From IMG/VR virus record IMGVR_UViG_3300048837_000773, positions 1 through 59,168 of that record: 59,168 bases of DNA; one strand, given 5' to 3'. Numbering within the stretch: position 1 is the first letter of the stretch; each line of letters begins with the position of its first letter. The notes below the pieces were generated by a model. The model saw only the letters and a list, made by a program, of their open reading frames with translations. It did not search any database and was not told where the DNA came from. The translations under genes were made by a program, and so were the position numbers. This document shows positions 1 through 8,209 of this stretch, one piece after another. This stretch comes from a virus (taxonomy: Duplodnaviria; Caudoviricetes).

Positions 1-40
1 AGCGTAGCGGCCCGCACTGACCCGAACCGGCTTCAGATGG

Positions 41-68
41 AAACAAAAAATCGGAGATTGCTCTCCGA
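41..68 (-). terminator. Host intrinsic terminator originally downstream of the tRNA
   Basis: tcggaga-ttgc-tctccga hairpin followed on the minus strand by a T-run, just outside the left att copy. Confidence 0.6.
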
Positions 69-77
69 TCTCATGTG

Positions 78-121
78 TGTCGGGGCGGGCGGATTTGAAC
101 CGCCGACCTCACGGACCCGAA
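78..121 (-). repeat. att core copy (3' fragment of tRNA-Pro), left prophage boundary
   Basis: tgtcggggcgggcggatttgaaccgccgacctcacggacccgaa is identical to 59071-59114; identity stops in the anticodon loop, as is typical for tRNA-targeting integrases. Confidence 0.95.
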
Positions 122-174
122 TCATGATCCGTGTGGATGAACCGTAGGGATCACGGGGCGGATTATAGGGTAAT

Positions 175-218
175 CCGTGATGCAGTTGGTAAGGCGAACC
201 GTGATGCAGTTGGTAAGG
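175..218 (+). repeat. Two 20-bp direct repeats, probable integrase arm-type sites
   Basis: ccgtgatgcagttggtaagg at 175-194 and 199-218; a 15/16 match occurs at 58975-58990 near the other att. Confidence 0.65.
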
Positions 219-243
219 TGCATGTTGATCGGAATAAGTTTTT

Positions 244-456
244 TTATCGGACTATGAACAAAATGGCGGATGACGCTATGAAGGCCAGGCCGACTAAAGC
301 GGCAAATTTCTCTTTTGGCGTAAGCGAATCGCCGCCAAACATGCTGCTGGCGCTGGTATCGATCATGGTTCTGACTGCCCAGGGGATGATGCCCTTTCCC
401 AAAAAGAAGATGCCGAAACTGAGCAAAAATAGCGTTGAAACGACGTTGAGATTCAC
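244..456 (-). CDS. Small membrane protein (2 TM)
   Basis: 70-aa ORF with two hydrophobic segments. Confidence 0.5.
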   Translation of the reverse strand: MNLNVVSTLFLLSFGIFFLGKGIIPWAVRTMIDTSASSMFGGDSLTPKEKFAALVGLAFIASSAILFIVR

Positions 457-542
457 GTTTTTTCCCTGTTTTTGGGCTTTTTCGTGAAAGTGGTAATCGG
501 ACCGGTAATAGCATATTTCAAATCGGACTATACCAGTCTATT

Positions 543-807
543 ACCACTCCCACCGGTCGAAAGACAAAATTTTGGACGTTTTAGGCCATCCTAAAAAATG
601 GGCTGGGAGACCGGCAATAATAAGAGGTAGAAATAGGGCATTTTGTGGGATTTCACCTCATTTTTAGGGGTATATGCGTCATTTTTAAGGGATTACGCAG
701 GAATATGAAAAAATGTTTGCAAAAAACAAGGGGTATATGTTTTAACCGGTGGGAGTGGTGGGACCGGTAAAAATGGCCGTATAACCACTCTAACCACTCC
801 CACCGGT
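543..807. repeat. AT-rich non-coding region with three 15-bp accactcccaccggt repeats (candidate origin or operator array)
   Basis: Direct copies at 543-557 and 793-807, inverted copy at 745-759; extra accggt cores nearby. Confidence 0.55.
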
Positions 808-852
808 CTGGGAGATAAGACATAACATTTTTCGCAATTAATCAAATTGCAT

Positions 853-872
853 CCGATAACATACATTATCGG
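853..872. repeat. dif/Xer-like site 1
   Basis: ccgataa-cataca-ttatcgg(ttct). Confidence 0.8.
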
Positions 873-874
873 TT

Positions 875-1435
875 CTAATTCCCAAAACTTACTATCCCTT
901 GGCAAGTTACCACACCATAAGATGCTGAAGACTCTCCATTTTTCCACTGCTCACCGTTTACCAATATGACACACTCCACTCTTCCTGTTTCCCCCTGATT
1001 CTGAGCAACAAGTGAGACAGTAGTACCATTTCCTACAACCATAGTTTTTGACCACGGTAGTTTTGCCTCCAATTGGTCTATTCCCCCATCCTCATTTATG
1101 TAGGTTATCAGAGAGGATTTTGCAGATCCAGTCACTTCGTACCTGACTGCACTATCGAATATGGTCACTGATTTTTCTGGAGTATCACCATTAGTAATGG
1201 AATTCAGTAATTCTTGTTCAATGCGATTGGTTTCTTTCTGGATGTAATTTACTCCCAAGATAACAGCAAGTAGAACAGCAGCTCCGAACAATAGCGCTAC
1301 TACTGCGCGAGCATTGCTTGAATTTTGCTGCGGCGAGTTAGGATCCTTTTTTAATGTCTCCAACTCGCGGTTACAAAAACGACACATGATTGCTTCGTTC
1401 TGGATTTCTTCAGCACAGTATGGGCACTTTTTCAT
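875..1435 (-). CDS. Zinc-ribbon membrane protein with MmpS-like C-terminal beta domain
   Basis: N-terminal CPYC..CRFC, one TM helix, C-terminal VRYEVTG...LPWSKT...C...C pattern. Confidence 0.7.
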   Translation of the reverse strand: MKKCPYCAEEIQNEAIMCRFCNRELETLKKDPNSPQQNSSNARAVVALLFGAAVLLAVILGVNYIQKETNRIEQELLNSITNGDTPEKSVTIFDSAVRYEVTGSAKSSLITYINEDGGIDQLEAKLPWSKTMVVGNGTTVSLVAQNQGETGRVECVILVNGEQWKNGESSASYGVVTCQGIVSFGN

Positions 1436-1444
1436 CTGTCCTCC

Positions 1445-1723
1445 CTATTTGAGCAGCCGATATGTGATTAATGGGGCAACGGAGTAAACCGTGATTGCAA
1501 CACAGAGGGATGCTATCCAAAGGATAGGGACCATAATGGGTGGAACTGTTTGTGCAGGCGGCATCATCACGAGATTTACCAGCGTGATAATCGCATGAAG
1601 GAGTGCAAGTCTGAAGATAACCGGTAGACGTTGGAATTTATTTTTAAAAAAAAGAAACCGAAGGAAGTGAATTGCCAGGTTACGGCGTACCCGGCCCAGG
1701 ACGTTCCACGCGTCGGGAAGCAA
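1445..1723 (-). CDS. Small membrane protein
   Basis: Hydrophobic 92-aa ORF between repressor and zinc-ribbon gene; start uncertain. Confidence 0.4.
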   Translation of the reverse strand: MLPDAWNVLGRVRRNLAIHFLRFLFFKNKFQRLPVIFRLALLHAIITLVNLVMMPPAQTVPPIMVPILWIASLCVAITVYSVAPLITYRLLK

Positions 1724-2078
1724 TTTTCTTATCTCCTTCTCCAGCTAAAAAGCGTATGAAATCAATAGCCTGCTGACGTTTATCTTCAGGAAGTTGGGAC
1801 AATAAATATTCGGCTTCAGCAGTAAGGGGGTCATCATCAGGTAAATGAGGGAGAAGCCCAGCAGACCGAAAAACAATCTCGGGACGTATTTTTAGAGCCT
1901 TAGCAATTGCATTGCAAACGTCAGGGCCTGGCTTGCGTTCTCCTGACATGATTTTGGATATGGCGCCAGAAGAAATACCCCCACGGCGAGTGAGTTCTAT
2001 TTGAGCCCACCCGCGAGCGTCCAATTCAAACTGAAGCCATTCCGCGAAATCTGTCATATGACAGAATAATGTTATCAT
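1680..2078 (-). CDS. XRE-family HTH prophage repressor (CI-like, no peptidase domain); probable start 2057
   Basis: RGWAQIELTRRGGISSGAISKIMSGERKPG HTH_3 signature; divergent from a small DNA-binding gene. Confidence 0.85.
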   Translation of the reverse strand: MITLFCHMTDFAEWLQFELDARGWAQIELTRRGGISSGAISKIMSGERKPGPDVCNAIAKALKIRPEIVFRSAGLLPHLPDDDPLTAEAEYLLSQLPEDKRQQAIDFIRFLAGEGDKKIASRRVERPGPGTP

Positions 2079-2114
2079 GTGATATATTTCCTATGGGACG
2101 AATAATATTGACTA

Positions 2115-2145
2115 TTGACAGATAATAGCGCCCGTGCTATTATCT
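2115..2145 (+). promoter_or_regulatory. Sigma70-type rightward promoter overlapped by a palindromic operator
   Basis: TTGACA (2115-2120)-17 bp-TATTAT (2138-2143); inverted repeat agataatagc-N6-gctattatct at 2120-2145. Confidence 0.75.
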
Positions 2146-2180
2146 TCCTTGAGGAAGATTTTTTCATCCAAGAGGAAAAC

Positions 2181-2372
2181 ATGACCGAGAGTGAGTACGT
2201 TAATATAAGCCTGACATTCGATAAAGAAACCCTTCGGCGGCTGCGTGAATTGGCCACAGCGACGGACCGCAGTCTTTCAGCTATGGCTCGCTGGTGCGTA
2301 AATAATGAGTACGAGCGAATAACACAGGCCAGCCAACCCCCCGCTTCTTCCCCAGAAGATAAAACCGAATAG
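2181..2372 (+). CDS. Ribbon-helix-helix (CopG-like) DNA-binding protein in the Cro position
   Basis: VNISLTFDKETLRRLRELATATDRSLSAMARWCV strand-helix-helix pattern; agagga RBS before ATG 2181. Confidence 0.7.
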   Translation: MTESEYVNISLTFDKETLRRLRELATATDRSLSAMARWCVNNEYERITQASQPPASSPEDKTE

Positions 2373-2457
2373 CACGCACCACCAAGGGGTGTGCTTAACG
2401 TTCGTTTTTTCCGGTAATACCTGGGTGGGAATGGCATCAGTTTAGGGGAATGGAACA

Positions 2458-3522
2458 GTGATGGATAAAAAGACCGAAATCGTTCCGTTGTTTGGCGAGG
2501 TGGTGGTTGCCACGGCAAGGCCAGAGCCTGGTCCGCGTGAGACGGACCGGATGTCGGCGTGGGCGGAAGCCTTCGAGCTGTGGATGGGCAGCCTGAAAAC
2601 GGAAAACACCCGGCGGGCATACCGCAAGGCGTGGGACGATTTCCTTTCTTTCACGGGGAAGAATCCGTGGGTGGTGGGAAAAACGGACGTGGCGCGGTGG
2701 GTGGAAGATATGCGGATGCGGGGTTTGAGTGCGTGCACGATCCAGCAGCGGATCGCGGCGGTGAGCTCCTTTTTCCGCTACACCAACGATGAGCACACGG
2801 TGATCAGCCCGGACGGGCGGGAAGTGTCGCTGCACTCGATCAACCCGGCGGCGGGGAAGAGCCTGCGGCCGAAAGTGGTGCCGTACGGTAAGGCGATCCA
2901 CCTTTCCGCCGAGGAAGCGCGGGCGCTGCTCAAGGCAATCAAGCGGAATACGCTGCAAGGGCTGCGGGATTACGCGTTGATTTTGGCTTACCTGTTTACG
3001 GGTCGGCGGAACAGCGAAGTGCGGGTGCTGCGCTGGGGTGACTTTGAGGTGAGTGCGGGGCGGGCCTGGTACCGGTGGAGTGGGAAGCATCACGAGAATG
3101 AGCGCTTTGAGCTTCCGGCGCCGGTGTGGGAGGCGATCCGGGCGTACCTGAAAGCGGCCGGGCGGTTGGAAGCGATGCAGGATGGCGACCCAATCTTCAC
3201 GGCGCTTTCGAACCGCGCGACGCGGCTGCCGAACGTGAACGCGCTGGCATTCCTGCCGACACGCCAACCGCTCTCGATGCGCGAGGTTGGACGGCTGCTG
3301 AAGGTGTACGCGAAGCGGGCGGGGTTGGACCCTAAAAAGGTGCACGTGCATACGCTGCGACATACGGCGGCGATGCTGCGAAAAGAAGCGGGTGATGACG
3401 TGCAGAAGATTAGCGCGTTTCTGGGTCACAGCTCGCTCGCGATTACCCAGATCTACCTTCATAAAGTGGAAGGCCAGAAGGATGAGAGCTGGGCGAAAGT
3501 GGAGAGTTTGTTGGGCCTGTAA
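2458..3522 (+). CDS. XerC/XerD-like tyrosine recombinase (second recombinase, not at att)
   Basis: N-terminal SAM-like domain (NTRRAY), RDYALI..TGRRNSE (R), HTLRH, LGHSS, TQIY catalytic residues all present. Confidence 0.9.
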   Translation: MMDKKTEIVPLFGEVVVATARPEPGPRETDRMSAWAEAFELWMGSLKTENTRRAYRKAWDDFLSFTGKNPWVVGKTDVARWVEDMRMRGLSACTIQQRIAAVSSFFRYTNDEHTVISPDGREVSLHSINPAAGKSLRPKVVPYGKAIHLSAEEARALLKAIKRNTLQGLRDYALILAYLFTGRRNSEVRVLRWGDFEVSAGRAWYRWSGKHHENERFELPAPVWEAIRAYLKAAGRLEAMQDGDPIFTALSNRATRLPNVNALAFLPTRQPLSMREVGRLLKVYAKRAGLDPKKVHVHTLRHTAAMLRKEAGDDVQKISAFLGHSSLAITQIYLHKVEGQKDESWAKVESLLGL

Positions 3523-3552
3523 GGCCAGGCATCGGTACGGTTACGTATTCAG

Positions 3553-4062
3553 TTGAGGTGGGATATGGATCTGATGAAAGTACGGAACGAGTTATTGCCT
3601 CTCCAGCCCAGGGAGGCAGCCAGCATGCTACAAGCCCTTCCGGTGCATACGCTCCAGGGGCTGCAGGATCACGCAATGCTGGTAACGGCGCTGGGCTTGC
3701 GGCTGCGGATTCGCGAAACGCTGGCGATGACGGTGGATGAAGCAGAAGGGTTATCGGAAGCGTTGGTACAAGCGCTGACCCAGACGTACTATGCCGCGAT
3801 GAAACAGCGGTACTGCGTTCTTGGTTGGGATAATGCCTTCCCGGCCCTCCACATTCGTGAACGCGGGCAGGTGACTGCCCGATCTAACAGGAGTTTTGTT
3901 CTGACGTTGAAACTGGCGGCCGACGGCGCGGGGATCGACCCGGACCGGATCGATCAGGGAACCTGGCGGCAACTGGCATACCAGATTCACAGCAGGCCTG
4001 GCGGTTTCGCGGCATTCGTTTCTACGTTCGCACCATTTGCGACGCCGGGAAACCAGTACTGA
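3553..4062 (+). CDS. Truncated, catalytically dead paralog of the recombinase catalytic domain
   Basis: TLQGLQDHAML aligns with TLQGLRDYALI, and AGIDPDRI with AGLDPKKV; HxxR, LGH and Tyr motifs absent. Confidence 0.6.
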   Translation: MRWDMDLMKVRNELLPLQPREAASMLQALPVHTLQGLQDHAMLVTALGLRLRIRETLAMTVDEAEGLSEALVQALTQTYYAAMKQRYCVLGWDNAFPALHIRERGQVTARSNRSFVLTLKLAADGAGIDPDRIDQGTWRQLAYQIHSRPGGFAAFVSTFAPFATPGNQY

Positions 4063-4078
4063 TAACAGGCATTATCAG
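4059..4078. repeat. dif/Xer-like site 2
   Basis: ctgataa-caggca-ttatcag, overlapping the stop codon at 4060-4062. Confidence 0.75.
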
Positions 4079-4123
4079 CATACACGATCAACGATGGTCA
4101 CCATAGGAAAGGAGGAGAACGGG

Positions 4124-4552
4124 ATGATTTTTCGCAGTTGGCTATATGAGCCTACGACCTGGTTGGTGCTGGCGTTTCTGCTGGTTTTTGGCATCAGCTA
4201 CAACGCACTGGTAGCGCAGCTGGAGTCGATGCGGCATGACCGGGGGTATACGGCTTTTTTGGTCGTGGGTGGTTGTTTGGTCACACTGGCAGGGGGCAGC
4301 ATGCTGGCCGGTTTCGAGATGGGGGCATGGTTTACAGCCTGTTTCGCAGCCAGCGGTCTGCCGATGGTGATCGGCAGTTGGGCAAGGAATTCGCGGGCGC
4401 GGGTGGCCGAGGAGAAAAAGGTCGCCGATCTGGCGAAGGAGATGCTTAATGACGCCGAGGAAACCGAAAGGGTATGCGATCAATGCGGAGATTGCCCGCG
4501 CAATCAATGCGAATGGGGCGGCCAGGAGAGCGCTGCTGCGCATCCTAGATGA
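4124..4552 (+). CDS. Membrane protein (about 3 TM)
   Basis: ggagga RBS; hydrophobic segments. Confidence 0.6.
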   Translation: MIFRSWLYEPTTWLVLAFLLVFGISYNALVAQLESMRHDRGYTAFLVVGGCLVTLAGGSMLAGFEMGAWFTACFAASGLPMVIGSWARNSRARVAEEKKVADLAKEMLNDAEETERVCDQCGDCPRNQCEWGGQESAAAHPR

Positions 4553-4694
4553 GACGCCGGGGCCGCAGCTGACGGCAATGCTGATCGCAAAAGCGGCGGC
4601 GGCACTGGGTGAGAATCTGGACGCCCTGCGTGAGATTGAGAAGATTGCCGGGCGGCCGAGAAAGAGAACGTCTGAAACCGATAAGCAAGTTTGA
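4449..4694 (+). CDS. Hypothetical protein
   Basis: 81-aa ORF with aggag RBS; overlaps the upstream ORF. Confidence 0.5.
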   Translation: MTPRKPKGYAINAEIARAINANGAARRALLRILDETPGPQLTAMLIAKAAAALGENLDALREIEKIAGRPRKRTSETDKQV

Positions 4695-4760
4695 TCTTTT
4701 GAAATTATCCACGGGTCACAGGAGCCCACGCGAGGAACCCCTGCTTCGCGAAAATCCTGA

Positions 4761-4829
4761 GGGCGAGTAGCTCAATGGTAGAGCGCGGTACCCACCACCG
4801 AAATGCAGGTTCGATCCCTGCCTCGTCCA
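4761..4829 (+). tRNA. Degenerate tRNA or tRNA-like RNA with a shortened anticodon arm (nominal anticodon CCA)
   Basis: Acceptor GGGCGAG/CTCGTCC, D-arm GCTC-AATGGTA-GAGC, T-arm GCAGG-TTCGATC-CCTGC; anticodon stem only 4 bp and loop ACCCACC lacks U33 and purine 37. Confidence 0.65.
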
Positions 4830-4860
4830 ATCCCACCAGGTCGGATGCCTGGCGGAAAAA

Positions 4861-4937
4861 GGAGCGGCGGCGTGGACGCGACACGCAACCACATCGATTG
4901 GCGAATCGATTTACCCCGTCGACTCGGGGCCGCTCCC
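4861..4937 (+). ncRNA. Second, highly divergent tRNA-like cloverleaf
   Basis: GGAGCGG/CCGCTCC acceptor-like stem; GCGTG/CACGC, ATCGATT/AATCGAT and CCCCG-TCGACT-CGGGG arms. Confidence 0.5.
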
Positions 4938-5047
4938 CTGTTTACCGGTAGTTATTGGTGCTTTTAGCGGTTTCTTTAGCGGTAGATCTTCATCCACTGG
5001 TGCGGCGGCGCGACCGCCGCACCAGGAAACACAACAGGAGGGGCTCA

Positions 5048-5335
5048 ATGAAAGGGTTTGGGGCGTTGGCGGTTTTCATTGTGGTGGCATACGCATTTGC
5101 GCTGCTGGTGGGGGGGGTGTTGAACGTGCTGCCGGGCTTCGAGTACGTGGACGGCAAGCAGGCTTTTGTTTACCCGACTGAGACCGGAGAAGTTGCGCTG
5201 GTGCTGGCCAGCGGGGAATACCTGGTGGAGGGGACGAGCATCCAGACAGGGTGCTACAAGCTGGAGCAGCCGGAGTATGGGCAGATCCGCGGGCGCGCGC
5301 ACTGGATCTGGCCGTTGTGCGGAGAGGCGAAGTAA
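5048..5335 (+). CDS. Hypothetical protein with N-terminal TM or signal segment
   Basis: ggagg RBS; hydrophobic N-terminus. Confidence 0.55.
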   Translation: MKGFGALAVFIVVAYAFALLVGGVLNVLPGFEYVDGKQAFVYPTETGEVALVLASGEYLVEGTSIQTGCYKLEQPEYGQIRGRAHWIWPLCGEAK

Positions 5336-5872
5336 ATGAACCGGTTTAAGTTGATCGTGGTTGGGATCGTGGCGCTGATTATTGCGGGCGCCATTTGCAC
5401 GGCGAGTGGGAGCAGCCTGATGAACAACACCAGCCACGCAATCACATCACAGGCCAACCTGGAAGGCATACGGACCATGCGCTTTATGGCTGGCACGATC
5501 GACCGCCAGGCGACGATGAACACGATTGCATTGGGGATTGTGGCGGTTGTCCTACTGGTAATGGCGCTGATCGTTGGGGCGCTGGTGGTGCGATTTATCT
5601 TGGTGGGTGGCGGGCGGTCTGGAAGCTCGCGTGCTGGATGGATGCCAGAACGCGGACGGATGCCGAAATTTATCAGCCTGGGGAGTGACGTACGGCCGTA
5701 CCTGGACCGGCTAAACCCGGAACAGAAAACCCTGCTGCTTGAAAGGCTGTACACCATTTGCTCTTACCTGGAGCGGGACCTGGGGAACCGGCGGATGGGC
5801 CGAGGCAGAGAACAGCGGATGACGGTATATGAGCGGGATGACGACTCCAATTCGGCGATCTTCTGGGGATAG
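5336..5872 (+). CDS. Membrane protein (2 TM)
   Basis: Abuts the upstream stop; two hydrophobic helices. Confidence 0.6.
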   Translation: MNRFKLIVVGIVALIIAGAICTASGSSLMNNTSHAITSQANLEGIRTMRFMAGTIDRQATMNTIALGIVAVVLLVMALIVGALVVRFILVGGGRSGSSRAGWMPERGRMPKFISLGSDVRPYLDRLNPEQKTLLLERLYTICSYLERDLGNRRMGRGREQRMTVYERDDDSNSAIFWG

Positions 5873-5876
5873 CGGT

Positions 5877-7832
5877 ATGCGTGGATTTGTGGCTATGGTG
5901 CTCTTCATCGGGTTTTGTTACCTGGTCTACCTGGCGGCGACCGGTGGAGAAGGGCTGCCGGAGCTGGAAGCGGTGAGCGGCGCGCTCGATACGCGGGCGG
6001 CGGCGTATGACGCAACCAGCCAGGCGGCCGAATTCCAGGCGGCGCAGATCCGGACGGCGCAAGCTATCCGTACGCAGGAAGCAGCAGCAGTGAGCCAGTG
6101 GATTGCGGCAACCGGACAGGCGGAGATGATGGCTATCACGCAGGCGGCAGGCCGAGAGACGGCCGCGGTGGCGATGCAGTTCACGCGTGAGGCATTCCAG
6201 TACACGGTGGAAGCAGGGCAAGCGAACCAGACCGCAACCGCGCGCGTGCTGGAGACTGTAACGGAAGCAACGAAAGCCGCGATGGACCTGCAGCAGACGG
6301 CGGATGTGGCGGGGCTGAACGCGTTTGCTACCGAGCAGGCGCAGATCAACCAGCGCGCGGAATTAGAGCTGCGCAAGAAGGCCATCGAAACCCGGACCGC
6401 GGAGAGTACGTGGTACCTGAAGCCATTGGGCTGGGTGGCGGTGGGGATTTTTATCGCAGTGGTGGTCTTCTGGCTGCTCAAGATGAAGGATGACACGAAT
6501 ATCAAGAGTATTCCCCGGGCTTTTACCGGGGAAACGGAAGCTGTTGTGGCGAAGGGAAAGGTAATCAACCCGGATCGGGGCATTGGACCGGTGATCGATC
6601 CGTACCATCCTGTGTCTTCTGGCACGCCGGACCAGATGCGGGTAACGCTGACGGACCAGGGCATGGCGGGAATCGGGCGGCTGACCCGGGCAGGATACCC
6701 GGTTTCGGCGCGCCAGGCGGCGGAACGGTTGGCGGGGCAGGCTGCTGCGGGCGCTCAGCAGCTCCCGGCGCAGGGGGAGGAGCTGCCCAGCGTGGCGCCG
6801 TGGGATCTGACGGGATGGACGGGCAGCACGCTGCCGTTGGGGATTGGCGTGGGGCGAACGGCGATTACGTTGAACCCGGAGCGGACGCCAAACCTGCTGG
6901 TGGCCGGTACGAGCCGGTCTGGGAAGACCATGATGGGGATGCGGCCGGTGATGGCCGAGGGGCTGGTGAGCGGCTGGCAAGTAATTTTGCTAAACGAAAA
7001 AGGCGGCGACTTCACGCCGTTGAAGAGTCACACAAACCTGGTAGCGGTGGACGGCGAGGCTGAGTCTGTTGCGGCTGTACTGGAAGGGATGGCGCGGGAA
7101 GTCAGCCGAAGGGACAGGATCCTCAAAGAGGCAGGTATATCGACGTATTACCGGCTGACGAATGCCAGCCAGGCGCTTGGACCGCGGGTGATGGTGGTGA
7201 TTGACGAGCTGGTAAGCCTGATCAACGGAGCCCCATCAAAGGCGATGAGCGACCACATCTGGAGGCTGGCGGTGGCCATCACCAGCAAATGCGGCGCAAT
7301 GGGAATGATGGTAGTGATCGGCAGCACCGATCCCAGTTACCGCACGCTGGGGCGGCAAGGGTTGACGGTACGGGATAACTGCGGGCGGATGGTGTTCCGG
7401 ATGCGCGATATGAGCAGCTCACGAGCTGCGCTGGATATCGGCGGGGCTGAGTCATTGACGGGCGCGCAGTTTATCGCGCAGCTCGACACGGAAGCGGTCA
7501 AAGGGGTGGCGTTCCACCCCGAGGATGAGGACGTGGCGCGGTTTTTGGCAAACCGGCCGGTGGCGGCGCTGCCACAACCGAGGTGGTTGGGTGGTGGATC
7601 CGTCGAGGGTTCGCAGCCCGAAATCAGCGTTTGGGAAGCGGAGACAATCGCGCTGGCGAAGAAGATTGAAGAGGTTTGGAAGGCGGGTGGGAGTAAGCGC
7701 GCCATGGCCCGGTCTGCTGGGTTTGAGTATGTCGGGAACCACTGCATCAAGATCGACCGAGCAATTGAATACCTGGTTGCTACTACTACTGCTAACGATG
7801 ATGATTTGGCCGAAAATGCGGAGGTTGGTTAG
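5877..7832 (+). CDS. Membrane-anchored FtsK/SpoIIIE (TraB-like) ATPase
   Basis: Two TM segments, LLVAGTSRSGKT Walker A, VMVVIDE Walker B, RDNCGRMVFR, C-terminal HTH-like SKRAMARSAG. Confidence 0.8.
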   Translation: MRGFVAMVLFIGFCYLVYLAATGGEGLPELEAVSGALDTRAAAYDATSQAAEFQAAQIRTAQAIRTQEAAAVSQWIAATGQAEMMAITQAAGRETAAVAMQFTREAFQYTVEAGQANQTATARVLETVTEATKAAMDLQQTADVAGLNAFATEQAQINQRAELELRKKAIETRTAESTWYLKPLGWVAVGIFIAVVVFWLLKMKDDTNIKSIPRAFTGETEAVVAKGKVINPDRGIGPVIDPYHPVSSGTPDQMRVTLTDQGMAGIGRLTRAGYPVSARQAAERLAGQAAAGAQQLPAQGEELPSVAPWDLTGWTGSTLPLGIGVGRTAITLNPERTPNLLVAGTSRSGKTMMGMRPVMAEGLVSGWQVILLNEKGGDFTPLKSHTNLVAVDGEAESVAAVLEGMAREVSRRDRILKEAGISTYYRLTNASQALGPRVMVVIDELVSLINGAPSKAMSDHIWRLAVAITSKCGAMGMMVVIGSTDPSYRTLGRQGLTVRDNCGRMVFRMRDMSSSRAALDIGGAESLTGAQFIAQLDTEAVKGVAFHPEDEDVARFLANRPVAALPQPRWLGGGSVEGSQPEISVWEAETIALAKKIEEVWKAGGSKRAMARSAGFEYVGNHCIKIDRAIEYLVATTTANDDDLAENAEVG

Positions 7833-7864
7833 CAAGTTAGCAGTTAGTAGCAGTAGTAGTAGCA
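7778..7864. repeat. 17-bp perfect inverted repeat plus gttagca direct repeats spanning the FtsK-like gene end
   Basis: tgctactactactgcta (7778-7794) / tagcagtagtagtagca (7848-7864). Confidence 0.7.
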
Positions 7865-7879
7865 CTCGAAAATGGATGA

Positions 7880-7899
7880 CTGATAAGGCTTCTTATCGG
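7880..7899. repeat. dif/Xer-like site 3
   Basis: ctgataa-ggcttc-ttatcgg(aact), intergenic. Confidence 0.8.
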
Positions 7900-7913
7900 A
7901 ACTGGAGAAGAGG

Positions 7914-8201
7914 ATGGTTTACCTGCTGCATTTTGAAAAACCTTATTGCCATGCCCGGCATTACATGGGGTTTACAGATAACCTGGACCGGCGATTGGCT
8001 GAGCACCGGAACGGCAGCGGGTCGCGGCTGATGGAAGTGATCAGCCAGGCGGGAATCGGTTGGGAGCTGGCACGCACCTGGCCCAAGGGGGACCGCGCTT
8101 TGGAACGCAAGCTCAAAAAGCAGAAGCATGCGTGGCGGCATTGCCCGATCTGCCGGGCCGAACGGCACATGCGTGAAGTGATCGAACTTTCAAAAGAGTA
8201 G
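7914..8201 (+). CDS. GIY-YIG-family nuclease-like protein
   Basis: VYLLHF..HYMGFT..LDRRLAEH..G; ERKLK helix. Confidence 0.75.
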   Translation: MVYLLHFEKPYCHARHYMGFTDNLDRRLAEHRNGSGSRLMEVISQAGIGWELARTWPKGDRALERKLKKQKHAWRHCPICRAERHMREVIELSKE

Positions 8202-8209
8202 GAGGACAT

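Noticed and set aside
2458-3522. Second recombinase as a tail-fibre invertase/shufflon enzyme or protelomerase
   Set aside because: No inverted cassettes or matching-spacer site pairs near the tail genes; the sequence has standard Xer-like motifs and size, not protelomerase features
4761-4829. Functional tRNA-Trp(CCA) call
   Set aside because: Anticodon stem is 4 bp and the loop lacks U33 and purine 37; reported as tRNA-like instead
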